From positions 15,500,001-15,564,000 of the forward strand of contig JBHGNT010000009.1 in the NCBI GenBank assembly GCA_043228905.1: a stretch of DNA of 64,000 nucleotides. The letters are read 5' to 3'. This stretch comes from Azolla caroliniana (Eukaryota; Plantae; Polypodiophyta). Shown here in pieces: positions 60,487-64,000 of the stretch. The first letter of the stretch is position 1, and each line of letters opens with the position of its first letter. The notes below the pieces were generated by a model that was not told where the DNA came from, did not search any database, and worked only from the letters and a program-made list of their open reading frames with translations. The position numbers and the translations under genes are program-made.

Positions 60487-63301
60487 TGTATGGGTCCTGG
60501 GACACACATATACCCAAGCAAAAATCTACACAAATTTAGCAACCCACAAAAAGAAAATAAAGAAGAAGGGGAGCAAAAATGCCAAGGAATGAATTGTTTT
60601 TTTTTTTTGCTTTGTATTATGATTTTGTGTTAAAAATGATTCAAGAGCGAGAATTAAGAAGCTTTGGATCAAGGAAAGACAAATCTCTGTTTTGGTAGGC
60701 ATATATTAAAACTCTTTTTTATGACGCAGTGTTTGTACAAAGAAATACTAGTATTAAATATATGCATATACCTCGTAAATTGAGAGACAAAATTAAAAGT
60801 AAATGAGACGAAAAACAAAACAAATCTACTACGATTCTCTCTGCCCATTAGGTGGATAGATACAATATGTATGTATATATATATATTTATGTATTAAATT
60901 AAAAACAATAATACTACGAGTTACTCCGCCCCTCGATCAGTGCCCACACAATTTTCATTTATCCCTTAATTTTACTGTGATCAATTTATTAATTAGATGT
61001 GTTATTATTATTATTTCTAAGGAATCTTAACCAGAACGAACAACTGGTAAATTTCTGCGAGTGTTTAGTGAGAATTAAGACGGAAGGAGAAAGAAAGAAA
61101 GAAAACACAGAGTCATTTTCCTTGAATTTGGATTATGTTTATTATCATTGGCCCATTATTGAGTGAGTATGTACATATTATACAGTTTGTTTCAGAGGGA
61201 TAAACAAATAATATTTTATAATCCACATGTTTAGTTTTTTATTTTGGAAGTCTTTTTTAATTTAATTTAATTTAGTTTTCCATCGATTTGATGGGGAAGG
61301 CCGAGGAGGTACAATTTCGTAATTTCAGGGGGAATTTCTGATAAAATCTTCAGTTGAAGGAAATGAAATTCAGTGTTAATTTATTTTTATTTTTATTTTC
61401 TCCTGTTTTTTTTTGTCTCTGAGATGCGAATCTGAACCCTGATTCTCTATACAGCTTCGCGTACATACGTACGTACATACATTCCTCGTATTTACGAAAA
61501 TCACCTCCTTTCCTGAACACAGAAAAGACAGCCCGAGAGAAGGCAGTTCAGTTCTTTCTTCTTCGTGTTCCAGGCATTCATTCATTCATTCATTCATTCA
61601 GTGCCTGCTTCCCTGAGTTTCCAAGCCCCCCCTCCCCCCCAAAAAAAACCTCAAAAATATCTCTTCACTCTCCTCCCTCGAAACTAAATTTTTTTGCTCT
61701 TTCACTTGAATCAAAAAACGTTCACTCTGACTCCAAAAGAAGAAGAAGAAGAACCAGAAATTAAAGCACAAAACCTCAAAAAACTTAATCACAATTCTGC
61801 AACATGGGATTTATTCATGACTACTGTGTGTTGTGTGCCTTGCCAGTAGTAACAAAAGATTGAATTGAATAGAGGTGGGGGGGGGGGGGGTATAGAGCTT
61901 ACTGTCCGTCTGTCTGTCTGTATCTCTCTCTTTGCGCGCTCAAATTAAAACTATGTAATTCGTTGCTCCATTCAACCGAATACAAAAAGAAAATGCCTAT
62001 TAAATTGCTGCTAAAACATTTGTCTCAAAATTAGGAGTTCGTTTTAACTCCCGCAGTTATGTACTCATATACGAGAAATACTTTGTTGTTGTAGGCAGCA
62101 GATATAGCCTAATCAATCAATATGGGTAATTAAAGGCTCTAGTTTCTGGATATGTACATATGTACATGTAAGTTTTTCGGTGTTGTGTGCTGCTCGCTCC
62201 TTAGCAAAACCCAAAAAGATTTTGCTTTCTCTCTCTTTCTGTTGTTGCTCTTAATTAAAAACAGAGAGGGAGCCATTAAAGAGGGGGAGGTAGTATGGAA
62301 AAAGGTGGTGGGGCTGCTGCTAATTTAAATAATATAATAGGTTTTAAAAAAAAATCGTTTTTAAGAAGAAGAAATTAAGAATGGAAGAGACAAGAGCAAG
62401 AGGAGGCGAGGCGTCACAATTTATTTAGCGGGTGGAGATCTCCTCTACATTTAGCAGACTCCATTTTTTAAAAATAACAAAAACAAAAATGTTGTCAGAT
62501 CCTCCAGAATGAACACTAAACAGTAAGAAAAAAAAAAGAAAAGGTTTAAATTTAAATTGATAACGAATATAAAAGTATAAGAAATATGGTTAACGCATAT
62601 TTATAATCCTGTCCCAAAAGAGAAACAGATAGTTAAAAAAGAAAAGAAGAGAGGAATTAATTAAACACAAAATCTAGGCAACGAAACTTTTTTTTGTTGT
62701 GGACTCTTTATTAGCGGTGCTAAAAAATCATCAGTAATTTTTTCAAGAATATCTAAATAATTCGCATCGAAATTACAAAACACATTTTTTTTCTTTATTA
62801 TTTAATTATATATATATAAAATTGGGGCACGAGGGCAAAAAAATAAACAAATCGAAAAAACAATTCGGAAGGAACATAAAAAAGGAGGAAAGTAGCAGCA
62901 GATGATTGAAAAGAAAGAAAGAGAATTTTCTGGATGAGATTAAAAAATAAAATGCGAATTAATTGGACGGTTTTGCAAACAAAAATAAGCATAAATAAAA
63001 CAAAACATTGCATGCTCATATGAGCTATTCGGAACATAGCAAAAGAGGATATAACGGAATTTACAAAAAAAATCAAAATAAATGAAAACACCCTTGGCAT
63101 AAATATTCATCTGTAAATGAAAAAGAGAAAATATGTTTTGGAATGGTTGTTGCTTCATGGCTTAATTTTTTCTGAACTTAAAAAAAAACGGAATTTAATT
63201 TACGGAAGAACTAAACATGTTTCATACATTGTGTGTAATACAAAAAATCAGGGAGTTAAAAAGAAGAAGCAGCAGAAGTTAAAAACTGCAGCTGCTATTA
63301 C

Positions 63302-63333
<32 letters not shown>

Positions 63334-63686
63334 ATAAAGTAAAAATAAAACAAGAAAAAATGGCAAAACAAAGGAGCACGTTACGAACAAACAGATAATA
63401 TGTATATGTATACAAAAGGTGGCGGCCTGTCTCTATTTCTCTCACCCTAGGATTTAGCGGTGGGGCTAAATTTGAGTAGCGTTGGCCGGCCCGGCCGTGT
63501 CCATCTAAAAAGCAACCATTTGTTTTAATTTCTGTAAAGAAAAGTAGAAAATAACAAACGCAATAAAAAAACAAGGGGAACTAGATAGGTGCGGTGCACA
63601 CACAAACGGAAAACCCCACCCCAAAATCAAAAAACAAAAAGAAAACAAGGGAAGAAAAACTGAGAAATTATAACGACTCCCCTGTG

Positions 63687-63734
63687 TATGTATGTATGTA
63701 TGTATGTATGTATGTATGTATGTATGTATGTATG
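63687..63734. repeat. (TATG)n microsatellite
   Basis: Perfect tetranucleotide run; another starts near the window end. Confidence 0.95.
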
Positions 63735-63866
63735 GCCCTGACCCATCATCTCTCTCTCTTCTGTCTCTCTCCAGACCGCTAAGCAGCCGCCATTCCTCTC
63801 TCTTCCTTTCCTTTTCCCCCCTTGCATCAGCCGAAGGGGGAAGAAGCTTTTTGGATTATGAGCTGT

Positions 63867-63899
63867 CCACGTCAGCGAGTGGGCCCACCTCTGACGTCA
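63867..63899. promoter_or_regulatory. cluster of bZIP and TCP consensus sites
   Basis: CCACGTCA (63867-63874), GTGGGCCCAC (63879-63888) and TGACGTCA (63892-63899). Confidence 0.5.
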
Positions 63900-64000
63900 T
63901 CAGACGCACATAGAGATTAGCATCGCATCACATGTTCTCTCTTTCTTCTCTTTTTATTTCTCTACATATATATGTATGCATGCATGTATGTATGTATGTA

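Noticed and set aside
61602-61625. tgcctgcttccctgag resembling miR160
   Set aside because: Too many mismatches and no full star arm
60600-63600. Short Phe/Lys-rich ORFs
   Set aside because: Products of A/T homopolymer low-complexity sequence

Overview
Plant nuclear DNA from a large, transposon-rich genome. A fern or other non-seed plant is suggested by the Tcn1-like chromoviruses, but that is inference only. Bases 1-37.2 kb are a nest of LTR retrotransposons: several decayed Tnt1/Tork-like Copia copies and Tcn1-like chromovirus pieces. The youngest insertion is one intact, GC-rich Ty3/Gypsy element (7166-14495, minus strand). Its LTRs are identical apart from a G-run, and it has a 4-bp TSD, a tRNA-Trp PBS and the protease encoded in gag. 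An apparent -1 frameshift cassette (GGAUUUU plus pseudoknot) links gag to pol. One host gene (At5g47940-like, about 1141 aa, minus strand) has a short exon 1 (51580-51394) and a 3.2-kb exon 2 (41468-38230). Its 9.9-kb intron holds a full-length Copia, other TE fragments, a hairpin and a degenerate minisatellite. Bases 52-64 kb are AT-rich, with a tandem duplication, two decayed mitochondrial-type tRNA-Ile copies, microsatellites and a cis-element cluster. Other notable signals are tRNA-like modules and a self-priming PBS in the chromovirus LTRs, and family-specific CCGG versus TCGA enrichment in the Copia families. All family assignments come from motif recognition, not database searches, and boundaries of decayed fragments are approximate.
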